Source: Oscillospiraceae bacterium
GTDB lineage: Bacteria; Bacillota; Clostridia; Oscillospirales; CAG-272
Assembly: GCA_015065135.1 (NCBI GenBank)
Contig: SVQY01000008.1
Span: 1,264-65,263, forward strand
Reading direction: 5' to 3'
DNA length: 64,000 bases
The notes below the pieces were generated by a model. That model worked only from the letters and a program-made list of their open reading frames with translations, was not told where the DNA came from and searched no databases. Shown here in pieces: positions 34,691 to 42,696 of this stretch (position 1 is its first letter; each line of letters opens with the position of its first letter). The position numbers and the translations under genes are program-made.

Positions 34691-34996
34691 ATGGCAGAAA
34701 CCAAGAAAAAGGTAGAAGGCGAATATCTGCAGTATCAGGGCAAGCCTCTGGTCAGAGAAGAGAATACCATCATCTACGGCGACCTGAACAACGATCCCTT
34801 CGTGTTGGTGCTGGAGATCATGTCCTATAAAGAAGAAGCGGGAGAAAAGGTGCCGGATAAGGTGCTGATCCAGATCGTGGATGCAAAGGATCCCAACCGC
34901 TCCACCGTGCAGAGCGGCTCGAAAAGCGGCCTGCACGATGCGTTCTCTCTGGGACTCACCTGGCTTGATCTCAAGCTGAAAAAGAGCGCTCAATAA
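34691..34996 (+). CDS. small soluble protein (101 aa), unknown function
   Basis: Own promoter and terminator; codon usage resembles the neighbours; I recognise no motif. Confidence 0.5.
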   Translation: MAETKKKVEGEYLQYQGKPLVREENTIIYGDLNNDPFVLVLEIMSYKEEAGEKVPDKVLIQIVDAKDPNRSTVQSGSKSGLHDAFSLGLTWLDLKLKKSAQ

Positions 34997-34997
34997 G

Positions 34998-35040
34998 AAA
35001 AGGTGCGCCTGCCCTTGCGGCGGTCGCACCTTTTCTTTTT
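34998..35040 (+). terminator. rho-independent terminator
   Basis: AAAAGGTGCG...CGCACCTTTTCTTTTTT. Confidence 0.75.
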
Positions 35041-35134
35041 TGCTGAATAAATGTCCATAATTCGGTGAAAAAAATACTTGTATTTTCGCGTTGCGTGTGA
35101 TAGGATAAGGGAAAGGAAACAAGGGGGTGCGAAT

Positions 35135-37186
35135 ATGCTGCTTGACTTTTCACAGGGGAATATGACCTTCGTTGTAGAGGTGGATGAGAACGGGCGTGCC
35201 ATGCTGCGTCATTTTTGCAATGGCCCCGCCACCGACGAACGAGAAAAAGAGGCCAAATGGTGCCCGCTCGCCGAAATACACGTAACGGGCGAGAACGCAG
35301 ATGCCCATCACGGCATGAAGCATATAGGCAGCTACGGCTCGCGGGCGCTGAAATACGCGTCTCATGGCACGGAAACGGAGAAAGACGGTAAACGGGTCGT
35401 ATTTTTGCTATCAGACGGACGTATGAACGTGCGGGTCAGCTATCGCTTTTACAACGGCATTCAGGCCGTTCGGGCATGGTGTGAGGTGAAGAACGTCGGA
35501 ACCGATCCCCTCGGGCTGGAGTATGTCAGCAGCTTTTCCTACACGGGTCTTGACGCGGGCGAGCCCGCTCCCCTTTACAAGAGCGTGCGGGTTGCCGTTC
35601 CGCATAACGGAAATGTGCGCGAGTGCAATTGGCAATGGTACGGTATGGAGGAGCTGGGGCTGCGTCGGATATCCTCCTCCTGCACGAAGCACTGTACGGT
35701 ATCCAACACGGGCACCTGGTCGGGCAAGGAGTTTTTGCCCATGGGCGCAGTGGAGAACGGGGATACGGGGTGCTGCTATCTTTGGCAGATCGAGCATCAC
35801 GGCTCCTGGCAGTGGGAGCTTGGCGAGGTCTCTCAAATGCTGTATCTCAAGCTCAGCGGTCCTACCGAGCAGGAGAATCACTGGTACAAGGAGCTGCAGC
35901 CGGGCGAGTCCTTTACTACCGTTCCCGTGGCGCTGACTGTGGCCGGGAATTTTGAGGCAGCCGTTGCGGAAATGACAAAATACCGCCGTGCTTTGTTCCA
36001 AGGCAACGGAGCGGGGGCGGGCATGCCCGTGATCTTTAACGATTACATGAACTGTCTTGGCGGAGATCCTACCGAGGAACGGGAGCTGCCCATGATCGAT
36101 GCGGCAGCTGCCGCGGGAGCGGAGTATTACTGCATAGATGCGGGCTGGTACGCAGACGGCACCTGGTGGGAGACGGTGGGCGAATGGCTTCCCTTCAAGG
36201 GGCGGTTCCCGAACGGCATCAAGCGCGTGTTTGACTATATTCGAGAAAAGGGCATGATCCCCGGCATCTGGCTGGAGATCGAGGTCATGGGTATCGAATG
36301 CCCCTTGGCGAAAGAGTGGGAGGACGAATGCTTCTTTCTGCGCCACGGTAAGCGTGTCATCGACCACGGGCGCTATCAGCTGGATTTTCGCCATCCTCGC
36401 GTGCGTGCTCACGCCACGGCGGTCGTGGACCGCGTGATACGGGAGTACGGCGTGGGATATATCAAAATGGATTACAACATCGAAGCAGGTATCGGTACGG
36501 AGGTGTCGGCGGACAGCTTTGGTGACGGACTGCTGCAGCATAACCGTGCGTATCTCGCGTGGTTGGACGAGACCCTCGCCCGGTATCCCGATCTGGTGTG
36601 GGAAAATTGCAGCAGCGGCGGTATGCGTATGGATTACGCGATGCTGCAACGGGCGCATATCCAGTCGGTGACTGACCAGACCGACTATCGGAAAATGACG
36701 GTCATTGCGGCGGCCGCCCCCACGGCGGTCCTGCCGGAGCAGGCCGCCGTCTGGAGCTATCCCTTGGCAGATGCGGATGCGGATGCTGCAGCCTTCAATA
36801 TGGTCAATGCCATGCTGCAGCGCATCCACCTGTCCGGCAAGCTGACACAGCTGTCCGAGCCTGCTTTTCGCGCCGTGCGAGAGGGGGTGGCGGTCTACAA
36901 GACCTATCGGCATCTGCTGCCTGCTGCCCTGCCGTTCTGGCCCATGGGATTGCCCCAAGTGGGCAGACCGTGGCAAGCCCTTGGGCTGCGTGCCGAGGGA
37001 CGGGCACTGGTGGCTCTTTGGCGCATGGGCGACGAGGAGAGCACCCTTTTGCCTGTAAGGGGTAGGGCGCGGATCCTGTACCCTACCGAGAGCGGTGCCT
37101 GCGTGACGGCGTGCACGGATGGCATACGGATCAGGATGCCTCGCGCGAGTACAGCGGTTTTACTTGAAATCATTGAAACGGTATAA
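35135..37186 (+). CDS. alpha-galactosidase (GH36)
   Basis: ATG at 35135; YYCIDAGWY, IKMDYN and ENCSSGGMRMDY match GH36 catalytic-domain motifs. Confidence 0.8.
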   Translation: MLLDFSQGNMTFVVEVDENGRAMLRHFCNGPATDEREKEAKWCPLAEIHVTGENADAHHGMKHIGSYGSRALKYASHGTETEKDGKRVVFLLSDGRMNVRVSYRFYNGIQAVRAWCEVKNVGTDPLGLEYVSSFSYTGLDAGEPAPLYKSVRVAVPHNGNVRECNWQWYGMEELGLRRISSSCTKHCTVSNTGTWSGKEFLPMGAVENGDTGCCYLWQIEHHGSWQWELGEVSQMLYLKLSGPTEQENHWYKELQPGESFTTVPVALTVAGNFEAAVAEMTKYRRALFQGNGAGAGMPVIFNDYMNCLGGDPTEERELPMIDAAAAAGAEYYCIDAGWYADGTWWETVGEWLPFKGRFPNGIKRVFDYIREKGMIPGIWLEIEVMGIECPLAKEWEDECFFLRHGKRVIDHGRYQLDFRHPRVRAHATAVVDRVIREYGVGYIKMDYNIEAGIGTEVSADSFGDGLLQHNRAYLAWLDETLARYPDLVWENCSSGGMRMDYAMLQRAHIQSVTDQTDYRKMTVIAAAAPTAVLPEQAAVWSYPLADADADAAAFNMVNAMLQRIHLSGKLTQLSEPAFRAVREGVAVYKTYRHLLPAALPFWPMGLPQVGRPWQALGLRAEGRALVALWRMGDEESTLLPVRGRARILYPTESGACVTACTDGIRIRMPRASTAVLLEIIETV

Positions 37187-37202
37187 AAAAAGAGGAAAAA
37201 CG

Positions 37203-38321
37203 ATGTTGATTACGGATCAGCAGGAGCTGAAAAAATACACGGCGGAGAACCGCATCTGGCAGGGCATCCCCAGCATCGAGGTGACCCGAAAGGGAAGGAT
37301 CTTTGTGACCTTTTACAGCGGCGGCATCAAGGAGGAGATCGGTAACTATTGCATGCTGGTGGAAAGCCGTGACGGCATCCGCTACAGCGAGCCCATCGCC
37401 GTGACCTATATGGCGGAGCACCGTTGCTTTGATCCCTGCCTGTGGATCGATCCGCTTGGCAGGCTCTGGTGGACCTGGGCGATCTGCCCCGACGACGGCC
37501 TTTGGGCCACGGTCTGCGAGGACCCGGATGCCGAAACGCTCCAATGGAGCGAGCCCTTCTTTGTGGGCAACGATATTATGATGAATAAGCCCATCGTCAC
37601 CTCGGACGGCGCGTGGCTGTTTCCGTTGGCAGTCTGGGATCACGGCGTGCGTACCACTCTGCCCGCATCCTATGACAGCAAGACCCCCGATAAGGGCGCT
37701 TACGTATATCGGAGCACCGACAGCGGTAAAAGCTTTACCCGTCTTGGTGCCGCGCACGTGCCGGACCGCTCCTTTGACGAGCATATGGTGGCGGAGCTGC
37801 GGGACGGGCGGCTTTGGATGCTGGTGCGCACCCATTACGGTATCGGAGAGTCCTATTCCACGGACGGCGGCAGGACCTGGACGCCGGGCGCGGACAGCGG
37901 CCTTGGCGGCCCCTCCTCCCGTTTTCATCTTCGTCGGCTGAGGTCGGGGCGGCTGCTGCTCATCAATCACGTCAACTTTACCAAGCGCAATAATCTGACT
38001 GTGCTGCTCTCCGAGGACGAGGGCAGGACCTGGTGCGCGCAGCTGCTGCTGGACGGCAGAGATGCCGTTTCCTACCCCGATATGGCAGAGGGGGCGGACG
38101 GCTATCTCTACATCACCTACGACCGCGAGCGGGGCTGCAACAAAAAGAGCCTGGCGGAGGCGCAAGGCTACGCGCGAGAGATCCTGGTCAGCCGCATCAC
38201 CGAGGCGGATATTCTGGCGGGCAAGCCGATCGACAAGGGCAGCTACCTCGGTCGCATCGTCTCCAAGCTGGGAGATTATGAGGGGGAAGACACCGATCCA
38301 TACCGCGGCGTTTTACAATAA
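37203..38321 (+). CDS. BNR/Asp-box repeat protein with sialidase-type beta-propeller fold (specificity unknown)
   Basis: Three Asp-boxes (STDSGKSF, STDGGRTW, SEDEGRTW); no signal peptide; no clear FRIP motif. Confidence 0.55.
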   Translation: MLITDQQELKKYTAENRIWQGIPSIEVTRKGRIFVTFYSGGIKEEIGNYCMLVESRDGIRYSEPIAVTYMAEHRCFDPCLWIDPLGRLWWTWAICPDDGLWATVCEDPDAETLQWSEPFFVGNDIMMNKPIVTSDGAWLFPLAVWDHGVRTTLPASYDSKTPDKGAYVYRSTDSGKSFTRLGAAHVPDRSFDEHMVAELRDGRLWMLVRTHYGIGESYSTDGGRTWTPGADSGLGGPSSRFHLRRLRSGRLLLINHVNFTKRNNLTVLLSEDEGRTWCAQLLLDGRDAVSYPDMAEGADGYLYITYDRERGCNKKSLAEAQGYAREILVSRITEADILAGKPIDKGSYLGRIVSKLGDYEGEDTDPYRGVLQ

Positions 38322-38333
38322 AATGTGCCAAAA

Positions 38334-38371
38334 AAGCACCGGAAAAGCAAGGCTTTTTCGGTGCTTTTTTT
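38334..38371 (+). terminator. terminator after the BNR gene
   Basis: GCACCGGAAAAG...CTTTTTCGGTGC followed by TTTTTTT. Confidence 0.75.
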
Positions 38372-38436
38372 GTCAAAAAAATAACGCATTTTTGTCAAAA
38401 AAATAACGTATTTTTGTCAAAAAAATAACGCATGAA
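38371..38436. repeat. three tandem 22-bp repeats TGTCAAAAAAATAACG(C/T)ATTTT
   Basis: Units start at 38371, 38393 and 38415; they lie immediately upstream of the malic-enzyme promoter. Confidence 0.85.
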
Positions 38437-38453
38437 AAATCTCCGAAACCCCC

Positions 38454-38482
38454 TTGAAATCGGCATTTCGGTGTGCTATAAT
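38454..38482 (+). promoter_or_regulatory. promoter of the malic enzyme gene
   Basis: TTGAAA (38454-38459), 17-nt spacer, TATAAT (38477-38482). Confidence 0.6.
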
Positions 38483-38575
38483 GGGCAAGTAAAATTTAAA
38501 AAAGAGCGTCATGAGGATGCCTCAAAAAAACCGTTATAGGTTGATAAAATAACGGCGCCGAAATGGAGGATCATA

Positions 38576-39748
38576 ATGGACATCAGACAGGAATCTTTGC
38601 AAAAGCACTATGAGTGGAAGGGAAAGATCGAGGTGGTCTCCCGCGTGAGCGTGGAGGATCGCAAATCGCTCTCTCTTGCCTACACTCCGGGCGTGGCCGA
38701 GCCTTGCCTGGAGATCCAGAAGGACGTCAACAAGTCCTGGGAGCTGACCCGCCGCTCCAATCTGGTAGCGGTCGTCACCGACGGCACTGCCGTGCTGGGT
38801 CTTGGGGACATCGGCCCCGAGGCAGGCATGCCCGTGATGGAGGGCAAATGTGCCCTCTTTAAGGAGTTCGCAGGCGTGGATGCCTTCCCCATCTGCATCA
38901 AGAGCAAGGACGTGGACGAGATCGTGCGCACCGTGCAGCTGATCTCCGGCTCCTTTGGCGGCATCAATCTGGAGGATATTGCCGCACCTCGCTGCTTTGA
39001 GGTGGAGCGCCGCCTCAAGGAGGTCTGTGACATTCCCGTATTCCATGACGACCAGCATGGCACCGCCATCGTGGTGGCCGCCGCCATCATCAACGCGCTG
39101 CGCGTGGTAAAGAAGGATATCGGCGAGGCCAAGGTGGTCATCAACGGCGCAGGCTCCGCAGGCACCGCCATCGGCAAGCATCTGCTCAATATCGGTGTCA
39201 AGCACCTGACGATGGTAGATCGCTTCGGCATCATCTGCGAGGGTGACGAGAGCCTCAGCCCCGCTCACCGTGAGCTGTCCCTGATCACCAACCGCTCTCA
39301 TCAGAAGGGCGTGCTGGCCGACGCCATGAAGGGTGCCGACGTGTTCATCGGCGTGAGCGCCCCCAATATCGTCAGCCCCGAAATGGTGCAGAGTATGGCA
39401 AATGACCCCATCGTGTTCCCCATGGCGAACCCCGTTCCCGAGATCGACCCCGTGCTGGCAAAGCAGGCAGGCGCCCGTGTGGTGGGCACCGGCCGCAGCG
39501 ATCTGCCCAACCAGATCAACAACGTGCTGGCGTTCCCCGGCATCTTCCGCGGCGCGCTGGATTGCCGCGCGACCTGCATCAATGAGGAGATGAAGGTGGC
39601 GACCTCCTACGCGCTGGCGTCTCTCATCAGCGACGAGGAGCTCAGTGAAGAGAACATCATCGCCCCCGCCCTGGATAAGCGCGTTGCCGAGGTGGTCGCC
39701 GAGGCGGTCAAGAAGGTGGCACGCGAGACCGGCGTGGCGAGAATTTAA
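38576..39748 (+). CDS. NAD(P)-dependent malic enzyme (oxaloacetate-decarboxylating malate dehydrogenase)
   Basis: LSLAYTPGVAEPC...VVTDGTAVLGLGDIG...FKEFAGVDA...INGAGSAG are canonical short malic-enzyme motifs. Confidence 0.85.
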   Translation: MDIRQESLQKHYEWKGKIEVVSRVSVEDRKSLSLAYTPGVAEPCLEIQKDVNKSWELTRRSNLVAVVTDGTAVLGLGDIGPEAGMPVMEGKCALFKEFAGVDAFPICIKSKDVDEIVRTVQLISGSFGGINLEDIAAPRCFEVERRLKEVCDIPVFHDDQHGTAIVVAAAIINALRVVKKDIGEAKVVINGAGSAGTAIGKHLLNIGVKHLTMVDRFGIICEGDESLSPAHRELSLITNRSHQKGVLADAMKGADVFIGVSAPNIVSPEMVQSMANDPIVFPMANPVPEIDPVLAKQAGARVVGTGRSDLPNQINNVLAFPGIFRGALDCRATCINEEMKVATSYALASLISDEELSEENIIAPALDKRVAEVVAEAVKKVARETGVARI

Positions 39749-39763
39749 CCCCATAACGGTATC

Positions 39764-39800
39764 AAAAAAAGCAGCAGATCGCAAGATCAGCTGCTTTTTT
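39764..39800 (+). terminator. terminator after the malic enzyme gene
   Basis: AAAAAAA + GCAGCAGATC-GCAA-GATCAGCTGC + TTTTTT. Confidence 0.75.
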
Positions 39801-39822
39801 ATTGTAGCCTTTAGGGCGTATA

Positions 39823-39846
39823 AACCACCACTTGCAGTGGTGGAAT
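39823..39846. repeat. left terminal hairpin CCACCAC-TTGCA-GTGGTGG of a ~260-bp intergenic element
   Basis: Near-identical hairpin CCAC-TTGAA-GTGG(TGG) at 40064-40083. Confidence 0.55.
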
Positions 39847-40063
39847 AAAAATGCTTTAGCCATAGGCTCTCCCCTTGGGAGAGCTCCCGCAATAGCGGGT
39901 GAGAGGGCAGGAAATACCCCTCTCCGTCGGCTCCGCCGCCACCTCTCCCCAAGGGCGAGGCTTTGCCGAATTTTCGGCAGCGGGGCGATAATTACTAATG
40001 TTTATTGTTCGGTACGTCTTCAGATGTTGTCAGCACCATTGCCTTGAAGGAACGGTGCATACA

Positions 40064-40083
40064 GCCACTTGAAGTGGTGGTTA
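40064..40083. repeat. right terminal hairpin of the same element (overlaps the stop codon of the DUF1385 gene)
   Basis: See 39823-39846. Confidence 0.55.
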
Positions 40084-41208
40084 TGATTCGGCGTCAGTCT
40101 TTTCCTCGGCCACGGGTGTCTCCTCGGTGAGTGCCTTTGCCTTCTCCTCCTCGGGCAGGACCGCCACAAAGGCCTTGATGGCGCACTCGATCATATCCTC
40201 GGTCGGCTCGTAGACTGTGATGCGCTGCATCCACATACCCGGCGCGGAAATGATACGGGTGAACACGTTATCATATTTGCCTGCCAGCTTCAGCAGCTCG
40301 TAGCCAATGCCCATCGTCAACGGGATGAGTATCAGCTTCAGCGCTGCGCGGATCAGGGTGTAGACCCAGGTGCTTTCAATGCCGATGGCCTCGGCGGGGG
40401 GGATCAGAAATCCGATGCCAATGCTGACCAGCAGCATCAGGATCAGGAAGGAAGTGCCGCAACGGGGGTGAAAACGGCGCTCTTTTTTGACATTCTCTAC
40501 CGTGAGCGGCAGTCCGTGCTCGTAGCAGAAAATGGTCTTATGCTCGGCGCCGTGATACATAAAGGTGCGGCGGATATCCTTCATCAGCGAGACGGATGCC
40601 ATATAGACCACGAGCACCAGGATCTTGAGCAGCCCCTCCACCACCGATTGCAGCCAGCGGTTCTCCTGCGGCCAACCGGGGATATAGGCCTCCAGTACCT
40701 TTTCATAGAGCAGCGAGGGCAGCCAGATGAAAAGTGCCACCGCCAGCGCGACACCAAGTACGGTCGCGATGATCGAAATCGCAGCCATCGTTCCCTTGCC
40801 CACCGTGCTTTTCGACTCCTGCTTCTTTTCCTCCTGCACGGGGGCGCCTTCTACTGCGTCGGGAGCACCTTCTGCGCCCTCCAAGACCGCGTTTTCTACA
40901 CCCGTTTCGGGGGATTTTTCGTTTTCCGGCTCTTCCTCTTCCATCGCGATCTCCGCAGAGCGCATCAGGCATTTATAGCCGGTCACCATCGAATCCACAA
41001 AGCCGAAGACACCGCGCACGATCGGCCAGCGGCAGATGGCGGGGCGCTTCTTTTTTACATTGTCGGATTCCTCGAAAAAGATCTCGCCATTGGGGCGACG
41101 CACCGCCATCGCAGTTCGCTGCGGGCCGCGCATCATAATGCCCTCCATCAGCGCCTGACCGCCGATCGAGCACTTTTTCGCACATTTGCATTTTTCTTTT
41201 TTGCTCAT
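40081..41208 (-). CDS. DUF1385 (YqhQ-like) membrane protein
   Basis: IGGQALMEGIMMRG and YHGAEHKTIFCYE...RFHPRCGTSF are DUF1385 signatures; acidic low-complexity insert (EEEEPENEKSPE...). Confidence 0.75.
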   Translation of the reverse strand: MSKKEKCKCAKKCSIGGQALMEGIMMRGPQRTAMAVRRPNGEIFFEESDNVKKKRPAICRWPIVRGVFGFVDSMVTGYKCLMRSAEIAMEEEEPENEKSPETGVENAVLEGAEGAPDAVEGAPVQEEKKQESKSTVGKGTMAAISIIATVLGVALAVALFIWLPSLLYEKVLEAYIPGWPQENRWLQSVVEGLLKILVLVVYMASVSLMKDIRRTFMYHGAEHKTIFCYEHGLPLTVENVKKERRFHPRCGTSFLILMLLVSIGIGFLIPPAEAIGIESTWVYTLIRAALKLILIPLTMGIGYELLKLAGKYDNVFTRIISAPGMWMQRITVYEPTEDMIECAIKAFVAVLPEEEKAKALTEETPVAEEKTDAES

Positions 41209-41411
41209 CTGTAACTCCTTATTCAGTCCTCCCGGCCGGCAGCGGCAGGCGAGGGTGCTGCCCTTGAAAAGGCAGCGGCACGAAGATGCCGGGGTGAACG
41301 GCAGGGCGCTTGCGCGCGAAGGCAGGTTCCTTCACAAGCAGCTCTCCGCTGATGCACGATTTCTAAAAAGCACGACCGTTCCTCACAAGGTGAAGAACGG
41401 TCATATTGCTG

Positions 41412-42566
41412 TCATTTCTTCTTGGTATCAAAGTTCATCTTCATCTGACCGCCCTGCTCTTTTCTGTGCTTATCAAGCAGGTTGTGGATACGCTTGACGG
41501 GATCCAGCAGGGTGCTGATCGTGTCGTCATGGTTGAGCGTGTCGATGATGTAAGCCACATACTTGCACATATTGACCTCCACATACCACTCGCGGGAGAG
41601 CAGCTCGGGAGTGCGATGCACCAGATTTGTGGTAAAGATGCGGGTAAAGATGCCGTCCTTGTAGGCCTTATCGAACTTCTCAAGACCGTCGGTAAAGAGG
41701 CCGAAGGTGGCGAAGGCGAAGATGCGCTTGGCACCCTTCTCCTTGATCTGCAGCGCCACGTCGATGAGCGACTCGCCGGAGGAGATCATATCGTCGATGA
41801 TGATGGCATCCTTGCCGTGGAGATCGCGGCCCAGATACTCGTGTGCCTCAATGGGATTTTTGCCGTTGACGACCTTGGCATAGTTACGGCGCTTGTAGAA
41901 CATACCGATATCGATACCCATCACAGAGGAGTAATACATACAACGACCCATTGCGCCCTCATCGGGAGAAATGATCATCAGATCATCCTTGTCGATGGAC
42001 AGATCGGGATAGCGGCGGACCAGCGCCTTGATGAACTGGTAGGTGGGGCGAACGTCGTCAAAGCCGCAGAGCGGAACGGCGTTCTGCACACGGGGATCGT
42101 GCGCATCAAAGGTAATGATGTTTTTGACGCCCATCGACTCCAGCTCCTGGAGCATCAGAGCACAGTCCAGAGACTCACGTCTGGAGCGCTTGTGCTGACG
42201 GCCCTCATAAAGCATAGGCATGATGACCGAAACGCGGCGTGCCTTGCCTGCGATGGCAGCGATCACGCGCTTGAGATCGGCAAAATGATCATCGGGGCTC
42301 ATCGGCACCTGCTGACCGTACATCTTATAAGTAACGCTATAGTTGAAGGGATCACAGTAAATATAAACGTCGTGTCCGCGCAAAGACTCATGCAAAAGAG
42401 CCTTCGCCTCGCCGGTGCCGAAGCGGGGGCATTCCACATTCACCAGGAACGAGCCTTCGCCGCCATGGCGCCGCCACTCCTTCAAATAACTGTCAACCTG
42501 CAGGGTGAACTGCTCCGAGCCGGACATACCGATAACGCTCAAATCTCCGTAAAGTGCGTCCTTCAT
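41412..42566 (-). CDS. prs: ribose-phosphate diphosphokinase family protein (long, divergent form)
   Basis: PRPP-synthetase-like blocks (FDAHDP..., IIDDMISSGESL PRPP loop); 384 aa versus ~315 aa for classical Prs. Confidence 0.6.
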   Translation of the reverse strand: MKDALYGDLSVIGMSGSEQFTLQVDSYLKEWRRHGGEGSFLVNVECPRFGTGEAKALLHESLRGHDVYIYCDPFNYSVTYKMYGQQVPMSPDDHFADLKRVIAAIAGKARRVSVIMPMLYEGRQHKRSRRESLDCALMLQELESMGVKNIITFDAHDPRVQNAVPLCGFDDVRPTYQFIKALVRRYPDLSIDKDDLMIISPDEGAMGRCMYYSSVMGIDIGMFYKRRNYAKVVNGKNPIEAHEYLGRDLHGKDAIIIDDMISSGESLIDVALQIKEKGAKRIFAFATFGLFTDGLEKFDKAYKDGIFTRIFTTNLVHRTPELLSREWYVEVNMCKYVAYIIDTLNHDDTISTLLDPVKRIHNLLDKHRKEQGGQMKMNFDTKKK

Positions 42567-42696
42567 TCTCTTCTCCTTTGCGTGCTGTCATTATTCATCG
42601 GATGGGAGGTGATCCCACATACTATGTTATTATATCATAACATTCAAGTTTTGAAAAGTACTTTTCACGGATTTTTAAAAATTTCCGCTTTTTTTA

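Noticed and set aside
38371-38436. Tandem 22-bp repeats considered as a CRISPR array
   Set aside because: The units are directly abutting with no spacers, there are only three, they are AT-rich, and no cas genes are in the window. I treat them as a promoter-proximal tandem repeat instead.
38534-39952. 472-aa minus-strand ORF
   Set aside because: It is antisense to the malic enzyme gene and extends into the repeat-rich intergenic region.
39832-40047. 71-aa ORF inside the hairpin-bounded intergenic element
   Set aside because: The translation is low-complexity Pro/Arg/Leu/Gly, there is no RBS, and the ORF spans multiple stem-loops. It is more likely non-coding.
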